The notes under the pieces: generated by a model
What the model was told of the DNA's origin: nothing
The model's input: only the letters and a program-made list of their open reading frames with translations
Databases searched by the model: none
Translations under genes and position numbers: made by a program
Assembly: GCA_043228905.1 (NCBI GenBank)
Contig: JBHGNT010000011.1
Coordinates: forward strand, 1,364,001-1,428,000
Origin: Azolla caroliniana
Lineage: Eukaryota; Plantae; Polypodiophyta
Direction of reading: 5' to 3'
Length of the DNA stretch: 64,000 bases
Part shown: piece by piece, positions 34,843 to 49,641 of the stretch
Layout: the number at the start of each line of letters is the position of its first letter
Position numbering within the stretch: the first letter of the stretch is position 1

Positions 34843-37800
34843 CATGGAACAAGTTTTGAACGCTGTTGGAGCGATCTCTCCAACCGAGACCTCTCAACTC
34901 CAATCCGCATCTCGCACACAAGCTGAGATCACTATTGAGCAATTGCTCACTACTACCTTGAATCAATTGGCCGAAATGAAGCAAGCGAATATGGCATTGG
35001 AAAAGAAATTTCAAGAATTGACTATTGAGTCGAAGAAAGAAAGTGAACCTTCTTTCGTAGTAACGCCATTCAAGGGAGATAAGAAAGAAAGAACTGAGGA
35101 GGCCATTAGCACTTGGCTTGGTCATTGGGAGTCTCCCTTTGAGCTCCACCCCAAGCCCGATGCTGTAAAAATTGGTTATGTCGTTCATGAGTTAGGTGGC
35201 CGAGCTGCTGCTTGGTAGCGCGGCCTAAGGTTTGCAAAGAACTTACCCACAACTTGGGAAGGTTTCGTTGATGTTTTTAAGAACTAGTTTTTACAGCCAC
35301 CTTCTCAAACTGAACAAGCGCAACACTTGCTCACGTTGTCGAGTAAGCCATTTACCTCTCTTGAGGAATAAGTGCATCATGCTCGGACCCAGATCAAAAA
35401 ATCGGGACTTACGGGTGAGAAATGGTTTGTTGAATGGTATTCCCAATGGGGATTACCATTGGATTGTCCATGACAAGGACCCCACAACTTTTGAGGAAGC
35501 CATCAACATTGTACTTCGGTATCATAGGACTTCCAAGAAAGACAACAATAAACTTGAGTTCGCCAAAACTTCGAATGTCAAGTTTATTGGGAAACGTAAG
35601 CAATCCAATGACACTCTTGACTGCGACTCTAAGAAACCAAACCTCTTCTGTGCATATTGCAAGAAGCGGGGCCACACAAAGGATACCTGTCGTCGTCTTG
35701 AGAGGAAGTCAATGAACAACCCTCCTCAAGACAAATCTACGAGTCACACATGTGAGTCTTTTGATGTTGTTGAAGATCATACCAACCACTTAAGTTCATG
35801 TGAATGCACTTTTCCTTCACATTAACTTGGACCTAATGATTTACTCCGAGCAGTCGGGTATATCAATGGAACACAAGCACATTTCTTGTTTGATTCCGGT
35901 AGTTCTCACAATTTTCTTAATGATCACTTTGTGCAGCAAATGGAACTCCACATAAACACAAGTGATCATATCCATCAAGTTCATGGCAAATGGAAGCATT
36001 CAATACATCAGTGGCATTGTTTGTCAACTACCAATTCAAATAGATACCTATTTGGAGAAGCTAGACTTTCATGTTATGAAACTACAATCCACAAATGTCA
36101 TTTTAGGATATCCTTGGTTTTTTAATAAAAACCCGTCTTTGTTCATTGATTGGGTTAATCACTCAATCACATTTGAACTTAATAATTGTAAACATTTTAT
36201 TCAATGTTCCAAACTTCTCGTTCACTTGTGTCTTCTAAATCTTTAAGTGAGTATTCTAGTTCATTAATTTATTTGTGTGTAATTGATCCTTCGCTTCAAT
36301 TTTATTATTTTAATATTGACGTCACACAATCACCACATTATGAACAATGATTACTTGACTCTATTTTAGACGATTTTCAAGATGTGTTTCCTAAGGAATT
36401 GTCGCTTACTTTACCACCAAAACGTAATGTGGACCATCAAATTGAACTCATCCCCAGTGCTGCTCCTGTGAGCATTCCATCTTACCGACGTAGTCAATTA
36501 GAAGAGGATGAGATTGCTAAACAGCTTAAGGAATACTTGAGTATGGGCCACATTAGGTATAGTAAATCACTTTAGGGTGCGCTGGTTCTATTAGTTAAGA
36601 AGAAGGAAGGTTCATGGTGAATGTGTATCAATTATTTCCGTTTGAATAAAATGACAATTAAAAATGCGTATCCGTTACGTCGTGCCGATGATTTGATTGA
36701 TCGTTTGCATGGGGCCAGATATTTTACGAAAATTGACTTATGAATAGGTTATCATCATATTCGCATTGCCGAGGATGATATTCCTAAAACCGTTTTTCGT
36801 ACGCGCTATGGCCATTATGAGTTTTTAGTCATGCCTTTCAGGTTGACTAATGCTCCAACCACATTCCAACAAGCGATGAATGACGTTTTCCGAGATCAAC
36901 TCGGTGATTTTGTTGTCATGTTCTTGGATGATATTTTGATATATAGCCGTACCTTGCAAGATCATGTTCAACATGTTCGATTTCTTTTGCAAAACTTGTG
37001 TGACAACTCTTTCTATGTAGAACATTCAAAATATGTTTTTTTCCAAAAATCTATTGTGTACCTAGGTCATTTAATTACGGAAAATGGTGTTGAAATTGAA
37101 CCTTCTCGTATTGAAAAGGTTAAACTTTGGCCCATTCCTCACAATATTCGTGAATTGTGATCATTCTTAGGGTTTGTTGGATTTTTACGAAAATCAATTC
37201 GTAACTATTCCAAATTGACTACACCATTAACTGACATTTTAAAAGGTCATCCACGTAAGTCTGTCAAACCAATTGCATGGAATGAACAACTTGACAAATC
37301 ATTTGAGACACTCAAAGAGCATGTGTGTCTAGCTCCCACTCTTCTATTACCGGACCCTTCTAAGCCTTTCTCAATCGAAACGGATGCCAATGATTATGCT
37401 ATTGGTGTCGTTCTTTATCAAGGCGGTCACCCTATTGCTTTTGAAATTAAGAAGCTTGATGCTACTCAATCTTGGTATTCAGTTTGAGAGAAAGAGTTGT
37501 TTGCGGTAATACATTCACTTAAAACATGGAGGCACTATCTCTATGGAAATAAATTTGTGGTTACAACAGACCATCAATCATTGAAGTATTTTTGTGACCA
37601 GCCAGATCTTGTTTGTCATAAAGGCCATTGGGCTGATCTTATGCAAGATTTTGATTTTCCATATGGTATTGCAAGGGTTCTATGAACACTGTTGCGGATG
37701 CTCTTCGTCACATTAAAGAAGTTAACATGCTTAGCTTCACGAAAATAAAATCTGATCTTTTAGATCACCTTCGACGGAAATACCTTGATGACAGTTATTT

Positions 37801-39177
37801 TTCGAAATACTAGACGAAAGCCGAATCTGGTTTAGATACCGATACTCGCACCCTACCCTCGAAGGCGACCTTTCACATTACAAACGGTTTGCTCTACCGT
37901 AGTGGAAAGGTTTGTGTTCCAGATTTACCAAACGTAAAACAGAAAATTCTTCATGAATGTCATGATGCACCATCTGCTGGTCATCTTGGAATACAACGCA
38001 CACTTGTTCTCATCTCGAGTACATTTTTTTGGCCTAAGATGCGCTCTGACGTGCATAAATACGTAACTCAATGCCTACAATGTCAGATTAATAAGTCGGA
38101 ACGACTTAAAGCTGCGGGTCTTTTACATCCCTTAGATATTCCCAACAACAAATGGGAAAGTGTCTTGATGGATTTTATTGTTAGTTTACCTCGTACACAT
38201 AGGGGTCATGATGCCAGTTGGGTTGTCATTGACAGACTCACAAAATTGGTTAGATTTATTCCTACCAAAACCACGGTAATCGCACAACAATTGGCTTATT
38301 AATTTGTTGATGAGTTATTTCATTTTTATGGATTACCGATGGATATTGTTAGTGATCGAGATTCCAAGTTTACTAGTGACTTTTGGACTCAAGTCTTTAA
38401 GAAACTAGAAACTATGTTGAGCATGAGTTCCGCACATCATCCTCAGTCTGATGGACAAACTGAACGAGGACATGCTTCGAGCTTATGTAGCAAAAACCCC
38501 TGCTAAGTGGGATCAATACCTTCCTATCTTAGAATTTGCCTATAATAGCTCTAACCATACATCCTTTGGATATAGTCCTTTTATGTTGATGTATGGTTTT
38601 CAACCACGTGCCCTAGTTGATGTCACGATTCATTGTGATACATTAGATAGTACACGCAATTTTTTGCAAGACATGAACCAAATGTTGCATATTGCCAAAG
38701 AGAATGTCAAGACAGCTCAAGATCGTGCTCGATTTTATGCTGATCAGGATAGACATCCTTGTGCATTTACTATTGGTCAAAAAGTTTTTGTGCATGTCCC
38801 TACTGACTCTACATCATTGTCTATGGGCAAGTGCGCTAAGTTAGCGGGTTGAGTCATCTGCTTATCACCTTGCCTTACCCTGTAACATTGGTATTCATCC
38901 TATTTTTCACGTTAGTCGTCTAAAACCACTTTTAGGCTCTGGTGATAACACCATCACAATCCAAGATCTGGTAACATTAGAGGATTTTTCTTACAAACCT
39001 CATGTTCCTGAATGAATTCTTGATTCTCGTACTAAATGTTTACGTTCTAAAGAGATTCGGCTACTCAAGATCAAATGGATGGATAAACCTATTGATGATG
39101 CCACATGGGAACGCGAGCATACTCTTAAGGCACAATTTCCTCACTTTATATTGCAAGAGTGCAATCATTTGAAGTAG
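34843..39177 (+). pseudogene. gag-pol: Chromovirus gag-pol, heavily disrupted
   Basis: ORF fragments in the order gag, PR, RT, RH, IN, chromodomain. Confidence 0.88.
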
Positions 39178-41128
39178 GGAAGTATGTTATGTACACATAA
39201 CGTTGGTGAGGGTAGGTCACCAATATTTTCATTAGTGAAAGGTATGTTCACTAATGTTAAAAAGGGGACTAATGATTGGATAGAAGGAATGATAAGTGCA
39301 TGCACTATCATGATTTGGACAACCAATGAATGGAGAGCCTTTTAGAAAGGCACATCTATTCAAGGGGTCTAGGAAAAGGTATAAATATGAGGCTTAGCTA
39401 CCCTCATAATCACATTACGTCGGAAGGCTGTTGTCTTAGACACCGGTGGTGCGGGCTAGGCTTTTGTGTCAACGATTGTGTTTATCTCTTCTAAGGTATT
39501 AGTCATCCTAATATCTGGCGGTACGGGACATTGGTGGTAGGTTGGCTATGTGTAGATCATAGCTCGGGGGTGGTCGGGTGGAACGGGTTCTTCTATCCAA
39601 TCTATTTTCCTTCTTTTACTTTACTTTGGTCTATTGATTAGTAATAGTCTCTTAACATGCCTCCTCAATCTCAACTCGGGTCGATTCCTACTGGTTGATG
39701 TCTGCTTCGGCTGGTATCCGGTTTGGACGATCTCCGATGTCCGCTTTGGCTCGTACTCTCGCTTGTACTCCCCCTCAAGCTTGGCAAGTCAGGGATCTTC
39801 AATTCGAGGTTTGACATGAATTGCCGAAGCTTGTCAGGGCGTAAGGCTTTGGTGAAGATGTCGGCCATCTGAAAATTCGTGTTGATGTGTTGAAGGTCTA
39901 CATCTCCGGCTTGTACGTGCTCTCGAATGAAGGATAGTGCAATTCAATATGTTTTGTGCATGAGTAGAACACCGGGTTCCGAGCCAGATATATACTGCTT
40001 ATGTTGTCGCAGTAAATGGGAGTCGGATCCTTGATTTGGACGCCCAGATCCTTCAAAATCCTATTGAGCTATACGGCTTCACATGCAACTATGGTTGCGT
40101 CAGGCCTGTATTCGCCCTCCGTACTCGAAAGTGCGACGATAGGATGCTTCTTACTACTCCAAGATATTGCTCCGCTACTTAGCAAGAAGACAAATCTAGA
40201 GGTCGATCGTCGATCGACTTTGTAGCCTGCCCAGCCCGCGTATGTGTACCCTTCAAGTCGTATTGGTGTGGCCGATGCATAGAGAACGTCGTAATCTATT
40301 GTGCCACTCACGTACCGTAATACTCGCTTAGCGCAATCGAAATGGATATCTTGCAGAGTTTGCATGAATTGGCTAAGGAGTCCAACTGGATAGCTAAGCT
40401 CGGGTCGAGTGATCGTGAGATAGATGACACTCCTGATCAATTGACGATATTGGGTCGGCTCACACTCTTTTGTGCCGGAGTCGGCATCCAATTTATGGTT
40501 TCGATCGAGTGGGGTTGCCACAGATTTACACTAAGTCATCCTGAACTTGTCTAACAAGTTGAGGATGTAGTGCCGTTGGGAGATCATAATGTCGGCAGGA
40601 GTCCGAATTACTTTGATGCCTAGGAAGTAATGAAGCTCCTCCATGTCCATCATCTTGAATTTGTTGGAGAGGAGGGACTTCACCTTGTTGATGTCGACTA
40701 AATGCTCACCTCCAATAACCAGATGATCCATATAGAGGATGATGACAATTAGGCTTCTAGAGTCGTGTTGTACGTAGAGGGAGTTGTCGGATTTTGACAT
40801 TCAAAATCCAATTTGATGAAGATATTTCGTAATCTTCGAATGCCAAGCACGCGGTGCTTGCTTGAGGCCGTAGAGTGGCTTCTTGAGTTGGCACACGGAT
40901 TTCGGATGAATGCGCGATTCGAAGCCGAGAGGTTGTACCATGTACACCTCTTCTAATTTGCCTTGGAGGAAAGCGTTCTTGACGTCCATTTGGTGGAGGT
41001 GCCACCCTTTTGCCGCTGCGAGTGCAATTACAGTCTGCACCGTCGTCATCTTTGCCATGGGGGAAAATGTCTCTTCATAGTCGACTCCATGCGTCTTAGC
41101 GTATCCTTTCGCTACAAGTCGAGCTTTG

Positions 41129-41790
41129 TGTTGGGAATATGTCCCTCTAGTGGGAGGAAGAGCCAAGTGTTCGGAAAGCCGAGTGTCGAAGAGTCGAAAA
41201 CAGTGAGTCGACTGTTTGAGAATTTGACTATTATTATTATTATGGTAATAATAATGATGATGTTAGGAAACATGTCTCTCTGAATGGGGAGAGAAAGGAG
41301 CTGAGTTGATGAGGGACTCGTGTATATAGCCAATTCGTGTATATAGCCAACTCGGGAGACTATACTTGTAAATAGTTTGAATGTGCACCCCATGAGGGCT
41401 AGGTTTGTAAATAGCCAGAAAGTTTTGTAAGTATATATGCAACTAGGGCAAACTTTAAGTGTGATGAGAACAGAAGAAGGTGAAGGTGAGTGAATTGTGT
41501 AAGTGTGTGCAGAGAGTGAGTGAGAGAGAGAGAAGCGTGAGCCGCGCCATAGCTGTGTGAGCAACAACAGACACGAAGAGCCCTGTGCGGTTGATCCACT
41601 CACAAGAGTGTTGTAATCCTCTCTGTATTGTATATCCACTGTCCTTGGTGAAGTTCTGTTGCCGTGGTTTTCCTTGTTTTAGGGTTTCCACGTAAATCTC
41701 TGTGCATAGCTGTCTATCTTGTATTTCTGTGATTCGTATTTCAGCAATGTCTGTTCATTATGATTTAAATTCCACAACGATTTCTCAACA
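41129..41790 (+). mobile_element. Solo LTR related to the LTRs of Copia 3252-8821 (opposite orientation)
   Basis: TGTTGGGAATATG...TCTCAACA, perfect TSD CTTTG, shared ATT/AAT tract and GAGTCGAAAACAGTGAGTCG block. Confidence 0.92.
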
Positions 41791-43347
41791 CTTTGTAATG
41801 GTTTATGGAGCTGTCGACATTATACTTCACCTTGTAGATCCATCTGCAGCCAATTGCCTTCTTGTGCGGTGAGTGGGGAACAAGATCCCATGTCTCGTTC
41901 TTGCAGTGTGCTTGCATCTCCTCATTCATCGCTTCAACCCATTTGGGGTTCGTCGCGGCTTCAGAAAACATTTCCGGCTCCCGTACTGTCACTACCTTCA
42001 TCATAAAGGCGTAATGGTAGGCCATATAATCGTTGGAGCCGAATCGGCTTACGGGTTTCTTTTCACGGGTGGATCAACGGAGCTTCTCGTTTGTGGATAC
42101 TACAACTTTCTCCGCTCCATTTGTTCGGATCTCAAGGCCTTCGAACTCACTATCAAGGGAGTGAGTCAATTGGTTGCCGTCGAAGTAAGTCGATTCGTTG
42201 TCTTCATACTCCGGCATTTTCGCCTTGCCTTTGTCCAGCTTCGAACTCGGCCAAGATGTGCTTTGATCGCTCGAAGGCTCTTGTGGTTCACTAAGCCTTG
42301 TCGTAATCGGGCTTTCTTCGAACATGTGCATAAGGCGATCTTCATCTTCTATCTCTTGTTCGGCGGAATCTGGGTTGAGCAGAATCGAAGTCGAAGTTTT
42401 CTTTGGTGCGTACCAAGATGCAGACTCGTCGAGGACGACGTCTCTGCTTACTCGAGATTTTCGAGTTGAGAGGTTATAGCACTTGTACCCCTTTTGCTCC
42501 AGTGAGTATCCTACGAAGATACATTTCTCTGACTTCGGGTCAAGTTTTTGTTGCTTCTCGTCGGGGATGTGCACGTACACAATGGAGCCGAATCTCCGAA
42601 CATGCAATAGGTCCGGCGTCTTTCCAAAAAACGTCTCGTGCGGAGTAAGTTCATGGAAACCCGATGTCGTACACCGATTCATGAGGTATACAACCGTATT
42701 AGCTACTTTTTCCCAGTACGACTTCAGCACGTGCTTTTCATTCATCATGGCCCGTGCTACTTCGAGGATGTGCCGATTCTTTCATTCGACCACTCCGTTT
42801 TGCTGTGGCGTATGTTGACACAAAAACTCTCGCCGAATTGCTTCTTTTCGTAGATACGCCGTAAACTCATCTGAGAAATATTCTTCACCTCCATCCGATC
42901 GAAGGCACCGTACTTGTTAACTCATAGCTCTTTTAACTCCACTTTTGAATTTTTGGAAGTGTCCAAGTGTGCCTAGAGAAGTTGTTGATAAAGGTCACAT
43001 AGTATCAACATCCGCCGAAAGTCGCCGTTTCAGCCAGTCCCCATACATTGGAATGAATTACGTCGAGTATGCCTTTGCTTACATTCCTCTCCTTTGGAAA
43101 TGGATGCTGATGTTGCTTGCCAATTTGGCAAGCCGCACACACGCCTGCAATCTCTCTTTCTTTGAAGGTCGGGAGTCCGATGGCGACACCTTTCGAATGC
43201 ATAACCTTCAGCTTTTGAAGGTTTATATAGCCAATCTACTTCTCCCATAACTCTATGTCGGACTTGGCTTTCATGCCTTTTGCGAACATGGCCGATTTCA
43301 TCTCATGTGAGGCGAGAATGAAAATTTGGCCCTCTCCTCGTCCGCGC

Positions 43348-46300
43348 TATCGTGAAGATTCCAGGCCATGGTAAGAAACCATGGAATGTCGGAAGAATAG
43401 GCGGGGTGGAGCATGTGCACTCACCCTTGTAAAAAAGTGTGAACAATAGGGGTGCCTTTATGGCGCCGAGTAGGAGTTAATTTGGGACAGAGAATCTCAT
43501 GTAAGTCGGGATTTATCCCACATAGTCACACGACTCTCACCTTGTTCTATAAAAGGGAGGGCGCGCCCCTTGTAAAAGGGTTCCCCTTTGTGGGTTCCAT
43601 TTTGGGTGTTAATAAACTTCTGTGTATAATGTTTATTTCTGTCTTCTCTTCATCGTGGTGTGTGTGTTGTCTCTACTTTCGGTTAGGGTTTCGGTGTCAT
43701 CTGTGTGCGTGCGTAGGTGGTGTGTTAGGTTGTGGCAGGTGGTGTGCAGGCTATCTGTGCCTTTCTTGAGTTCCTGCTTGTTGGCTCTCAGCACTACACG
43801 GTCCGGTATGTTTGCGTGTTTGTGGGTGTTGGCTTTTGTCGCATGCGAAGAGCCTGCGCGCTAGGTGGTTCGTTGGCAGGTTTCCCTTCTTGGCGCACAA
43901 GACCCCACTCGGCTCAACGAGCCCGTGCTCTCCCTGAAGGCGGCTTGGCACAGTAGGCGGTCGTTCAAGAAGAGGCATGCCCTAGACGAGGGTCCCGTTA
44001 CGCAAATGAGCTCGAGAGCTCCCCGATAGGCCCTAGGATGCAGGCTCCCTTTTCCTCTCCGTGTGGAACTAGCATCGTAGCGAGCGTTGTGTATGTAAGT
44101 GTGTGTGTGTTTTTGGTTAGCGTAGGATGCGAGAGAGGGTGCATGCGTGGTCGCCGGTGTAGAGGTGCCGGCTGTAAGCGTGTGTGTATATGTGTGTGTA
44201 CGTGTGCGTGGGCGCAGTTAACCGGGTTGTGTCTCGTGCCTCTTTTGGGCCCCCTATACATACAGGCGATAGGGGCGACAAGGACGACGGAAAGGGCGCT
44301 CTCTGCTTCTCGTGCGGTTACCGATTGCGTTCGGAGAGTATCCGGGATTGAACCGGCCGGCAATGTGGTAAGCTCCGGAGGATTCGGGTTCTCGGCAGCT
44401 CCTCCCCTCCTGGTCCATGATCCTTGTGGTCCCACCCAGATCCGACATGCAAGCGCGGATTACTGCGACATATTTGGTGAATCCGACGTAAAAGGTGGTA
44501 AGGGAGGATGGAGTGTAGGGTTGAAGACTTCGAGGAGGAGAGTCGAGAAGCGGCGCATCGAGATGGGCGAGGTCGAAGAAGTCGACCATTACAAGGGGGA
44601 CGGAGGCCCACGAGTTTTGCCAAAGGCTCGACCATCCAACATAAAGAGGAGGAGCGCCGAGTAGCTCACAGACTGTAGTCACCCCAAAGCGGAACGAAGG
44701 TGGTGTGTGATGGCACGACATCACAGCGGGAAGGGGGCGTGCAGACGAGACGGACGTGGTCGAGCCGGAGGCCAAGCGGGGCACGATGGTGCTGATATGG
44801 GAGAGGGTGCGGGACGAGCTGCCCTCCTTTACATGGGGAGAAAGACTGACCGGGCGAAGGTAAGGAATCGAGAAGAAGATGATCGAGAATACAGAACGAG
44901 TCCGGCAGGATCGGCATCGGAGCCGAAACTCTGGACATTGGAGAATCAAGCCCAGGCGGGGCTTGATCGATCATAAAGCGGATGTTATCCACCGACACCA
45001 CTAAAAGGGTCGGTGGCCTGGGACAAGTTGTTGAGAGACGTTACGAAATCGATATCCCCACATCTTGACCGGAGACTTTGGCAGTTCGGTCGGCGTGGCA
45101 ACGTGAGACTGAAAGAGAAGGGAGATGGTGGGGATCAACAGCAATAGGGAGAAACAAAAGAGGTTGTTGACTGAAGTATGGGTCCTCCACACTCATTCCC
45201 GAGACTTAGGCGGTTGCGTTCGAGAACCAACGGAAGACCTAAGAGACGGAAAGTGGCGGCGAGGACGCGGAGGTCACATCCAATACAACCGATCTGGAAG
45301 CAGTGAAATGAACACCGGTCCTATGGTTCACCTCACACCGGGCTAGAGACTCTGGCGGTCGGCATCGGATCTGATGTAAGACCAAGATACTGACAGTGGC
45401 GACAAGAGAACATGAGCCGGCAATGCAGAGAGACGGGCGAAGCGGACTTCCGGATAATCAATCCGGAAGGGAGGAAGAAGCGGGCCTACGGAGTGGCCGG
45501 AACATGGTACATCAGTACCACGGGAGAGGGTGTGGAGCGAGCCACCCTCTCGACACGCGAAGAAGGAAGAACCATGGTAAGGGTACGAAATACAACAAGC
45601 TCGAGGAGGATCCTTCACATCGGTTCTAGAGACTCCGACGGTCGGCCCGAGAGCTGGCGTGAGACCTAGAGTGATGAACGGTGGCGGCGAGGGGACAAAG
45701 GCAAAGGGTTGCTGAAGGACGGTCTACGGATACACTCACACCGATCCGACGGTCGGCCCGAGAGCCAGTGTGAGTCCTATAGGAGAGAACGGTGGCGATA
45801 GGTGAACGTGACCAGGACAAGAGGCCGACACGTAGCTCGAGACTATGGCGAGAGGAAAACGGCAAGTGGTGCTACTGTGACCTTACACACACTGGTTTTA
45901 GAGACTCCGGTGGTGGGCCCGAGAGTTGACGTGAGACCTAGAGTAGCGAACGGCGTCGGCGGCAAGGCGGGCAACGAAAGACGGCAAATGGGAGGTCCCA
46001 CGAAGACACTCACACCGATCTGGAGACTCCGGCATCCGGCAATGAGAGCCATCATGAGAACTAGAGAGAGAGACGGTGGCAGCAGGAGAACGTGACCAGA
46101 CGACGGAAAGCAGAGCAAAAGGAGGTATGAGGCCGGCGAGGCGGCCACAAATCGGATACGGATCCGACCGGCAAAGTTGGCAAGACAAAGTTCGAACGCG
46201 CTTGGTACACAAATCGGTGACCCAACAAATCAGAGGCGCAAACTCTGGCAGTTCAGCTGAAGTGGCAACGAGAGACCGAGGGTAATGGAAGGTGGCGGCA

Positions 46301-48623
46301 AGGGAACAAAAGCGGCAACAACGGAGGCGCTGAACAACCAAGGTGTTAGGTAAACGAAGGAGGCCATATGGGCCGGGACGCGGCAAGGGTGATCTTCCGA
46401 TAAGCTGCTGGGGCACCCGCTTAAGGAGCGGTGTGCCGAGCCGGAGAGGGGCACACCCGAAAGCAAATCGGAAGACGTGTGTGGCGTCATCGAGGGCCAA
46501 AGCAAAGAACGGGTGCGGGACGACGTTCGGCATAGGTGGTGCCAAACAAGGAAGGCGGAAGACAGCACACAACGGTGCCGGAAACGAGAGCACGTGCGAG
46601 CGTAAACAGACTACGTGGGATGGAGACCGGATCTAGGGCCGGAGAAGGATCCTCCACACCCGCTTCGGAGATCTCGGCGGCCTAGTCGTAGTGGCAACGA
46701 CTGATGTGGTAGGCCAAACCTGAGATAACAAGCTGGTGGGGGCGAGGGGACGACGGCAAGCGGAAGGCTCTAAACCAGTGGCAACAACGCAAGACGAAAG
46801 TGGCCAAGCGGGCTACAATGGGTTGTTCCTCATGCGCAGAGCACACCAGTGTGCGGAGAAGCAGCAATGCACGACTTGGCCGGGCGAAGGCTGACGACGC
46901 GTGCATGAGAAGTGATCGGAGTTCGGCACAGGCGGGGCCAAAGTAGAGCAGGGGGGATGCGCGGCACATGGAGGTAACAGAACGGGAGTACAAGCGAGAA
47001 GATTGGTTGCCGGTCCAAGGTGATCTCGTTTAGAAGGCCGGAGAGGGATCTTCCACAATCGTTCAAGAGACCTTGGCAGTTTGGCCGCCATGGGAACATA
47101 AGACCAAGGAGAAGGCAGGTGACGGCGAGGGGACGAAGGCGATGGAGATCAACACGGAGCGAGAATCGGGACAACACGAAGGTCGACCGAGGCCAAGCGG
47201 GCCATCACGGGTGCTCCTCACATGGAGGACATTGCGTATCCGAAAGGACAAGAAGCGTGCATACGGTTGAGAGAAGGGCCAACGGGGAAGCACACACACT
47301 ATGGGATCACGGCAAACGACCTATCGACGGGTCGAACAAGCCTACGGAAAAGCGAACACGGAGAAGGAACCGGGGCGATGATTCGGACCAGCAAGGCCAA
47401 CGTGGCAGCCGGAATGCGGATTACAAAAGACCGATTCCTCATCGGCCGAAATCTCTCACCCTTCTTTGAAATTGGCACGTACTGTTGGACGTGCGATTTG
47501 GTCAGGGCGGATGTCCTGAAGATTCTGGGCCATGGTGAGAAACTGGGGAATGTCGAAAGAATCGGTTGGGTGGAGCATGTGCACTCACCCTTGTAAAAAC
47601 GTGTGAACAATAGGCATGCCTTTATGGCGCCGAGTAGGAGTTAATTTGGGACAGAGAATCGAATGTAAGTCGGGATTTATTCCACATAGTCACGTGACCC
47701 TCACCTTGTTCTATAAAAGGGAGGGCGCGCCCCTTGTAAAAGGGTTCCCCTTTGTGGGTTCCATTTTGGGTGTTAATATACTTCTGTGTATAACGTCTAT
47801 TTCTGTCTTCTCTTCATCATGGTGTGTGTTGTCTCTACTTTCTATTAGGGTTTCAGTGTCATCTGTGTGCGTGCGTAGGTGGTGTGTTAGGTTGTGCGGA
47901 CTGTATGTGCCGTTCTTGAGTTCTTGCTTGTTGGCTCTCAGCACTCCATGGTCCAGTATGTTTGCGTGTGTGTGGGTGTTGGCTTCTGTCGCTTGTGAAG
48001 AGCCCCCGCGCTTGGTGGTTCGTTGGTAGGTTTCCCTTCTTGGCCCGCAAGACCCCACTCGGTTCAGCGAGCCCATGCGCTCCCTGAAGGCTGCTTGGCA
48101 CAGGAGACAGTCGTTCTAGAAGAGGCGTGCCCTAGACGAGGGTCCCGTTGCGCGAATGAGCATGAGAGCTCCCCGACCGGCCCTAGGATGCAGGCTCCCT
48201 CTTCCTCTCCGTGTGGAACTGGCGTCGCAATGAGTGTCGTGTATGTAAGAGTGTGTGTGTTTCTAGTTAGCGTAGGATGCAAGAGAGGGTGCATGCATGG
48301 TCGTCGGTGTAGAGGTGTTAGTTGTAAGCGTGTGTGTATATGTGTGTGTACGTGTGCGCGGGCGCAATTAACTGGGCCGTGTCCCGTGCGTCTTTTGGGC
48401 CCCCTGTACATACAGGCGAAAGGGGCGGCAAGGACGATGGAAAGGGCGTGCTCTCTCGCTTCCCGTGCGATTACCGGTCGCATTCGGAGAGTATCTGGGA
48501 TTGAACCGGTCGGCAATGTGGCAAGCTCCGGATGATTTGGGTTCCGGGCAGCTCCTCCCCTCCTGGTCCATGACCCTGGTGGTCCCACCCGAATCCGAAA
48601 TGCAAGTGCAGATTACCGAGACA
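43348..48623 (+). mobile_element. Non-autonomous LTR element (LARD-like) with ~1.1-kb LTRs and a Trp-type PBS
   Basis: LTRs at 43348-44470 and 47512-48623, PBS TGGTGAATCCGACGTAAA (44475-44492), TSD GCGC/ACGC. Removal restores host IERGRGEGQIF. No gag or pol motifs seen in the 3-kb interior. Confidence 0.88.
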
Positions 48624-49596
48624 ACGCTCGATGAGTCTACACTCTTTTTCGATGAAGCAACCACCTTCATTAAATCGAACTTGCATTCCTTGCTCTACAA
48701 TTTGTCTGACGGAGACCAAATTCTTCGTGATAGTTGGTACATGCAAGACATTTTTAATTTAAGTTTTCTTACCTTCTTCTCCGAACGGAACATTGCCGAT
48801 GTGCCGAATCGGATGCATAGTGTCGTCTCCGGTTTTGACATAGCCGGGCCGTTCCGACTCTCGATGTTCTCTGAACCATTCTTGATGAGACGTCATATGG
48901 TTCGAGGCACTGGAGTCGACGAACCATACGTCTTCCAGACCCGAGGCACTAGTTGAAGTAGAAGCCGACATAGAATGTGCTCTATGTCTTGTCATGAAAA
49001 TTCCGCCACGATCGCAATAGTCGGTGTTGGTTGCGTAGTTGGTGAGTTGTCGGCTAGTGGAAGCCGACTCGCATATCTTCTTAAGACATTATTCTTCGTG
49101 GTGACTGATTTTTCCGCAATATCCGCATTCGACCGAGTTTTGTCAACTTGGACCGGAATGGAAGCTCCCCCTTCTTCCGAAGGTTCATCCTTGATGGCTT
49201 CCGTCTTGATGTCGAAATTGCGAGTTGTTTTCGTAAGTCGGGCCTTATCTGCCTCATCCTTGCACGACTGCGTCCTCTTCCTCCATCCGAATGCATGTAG
49301 AGCATGTGGCCTTCCGAGTGTCATGAAGACATACATTTTGGCCTTACAAGGATTCAAGCCCAAGACGTCTTGGTCTATATATTAGACCTTTAACCATTAT
49401 AATAACATATATGATGTATAGTTATTATAAATGTATTATTAGTTATTACAAGATATTTAGAGTATTCTAGAACATTCTAGAGTATTCTAGGATATTCCAT
49501 GATTATATTAAATATCATAAATATCTAAATTATTCTAGAATATTCTAGAATACTCCATAAGGACTTGTAAATAGGTGTCTATTCATTCATCAGAAC

Positions 49597-49640
<44 letters not shown>

Positions 49641-49641
<1 letters not shown>

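Larger units (their letters stand above)
26137..39657 (+). mobile_element. Degenerate chromodomain-bearing Ty3/Gypsy (chromovirus) inserted at the host Copia PPT
   Basis: 5' LTR split as 26137-26154 plus 33107-33560, 3' LTR 39185-39657, TSD TGCCC/TGCCT, PBS TGGTATTAGAGC at 33562-33573. Motifs CAYCKKRGHTKDTC, FDSGSSHNF, MFLDDILIY, HECHDAPSAGH and chromodomain LKIKWMDKPIDDATWE. Confidence 0.92.

Noticed and set aside
43452-48588. Many overlapping 100-230 aa ORFs as genes
   Set aside because: They lie in GC-rich LTR and internal sequence, show no recognisable motifs, and their frames are not consistently preserved between the two LTRs.
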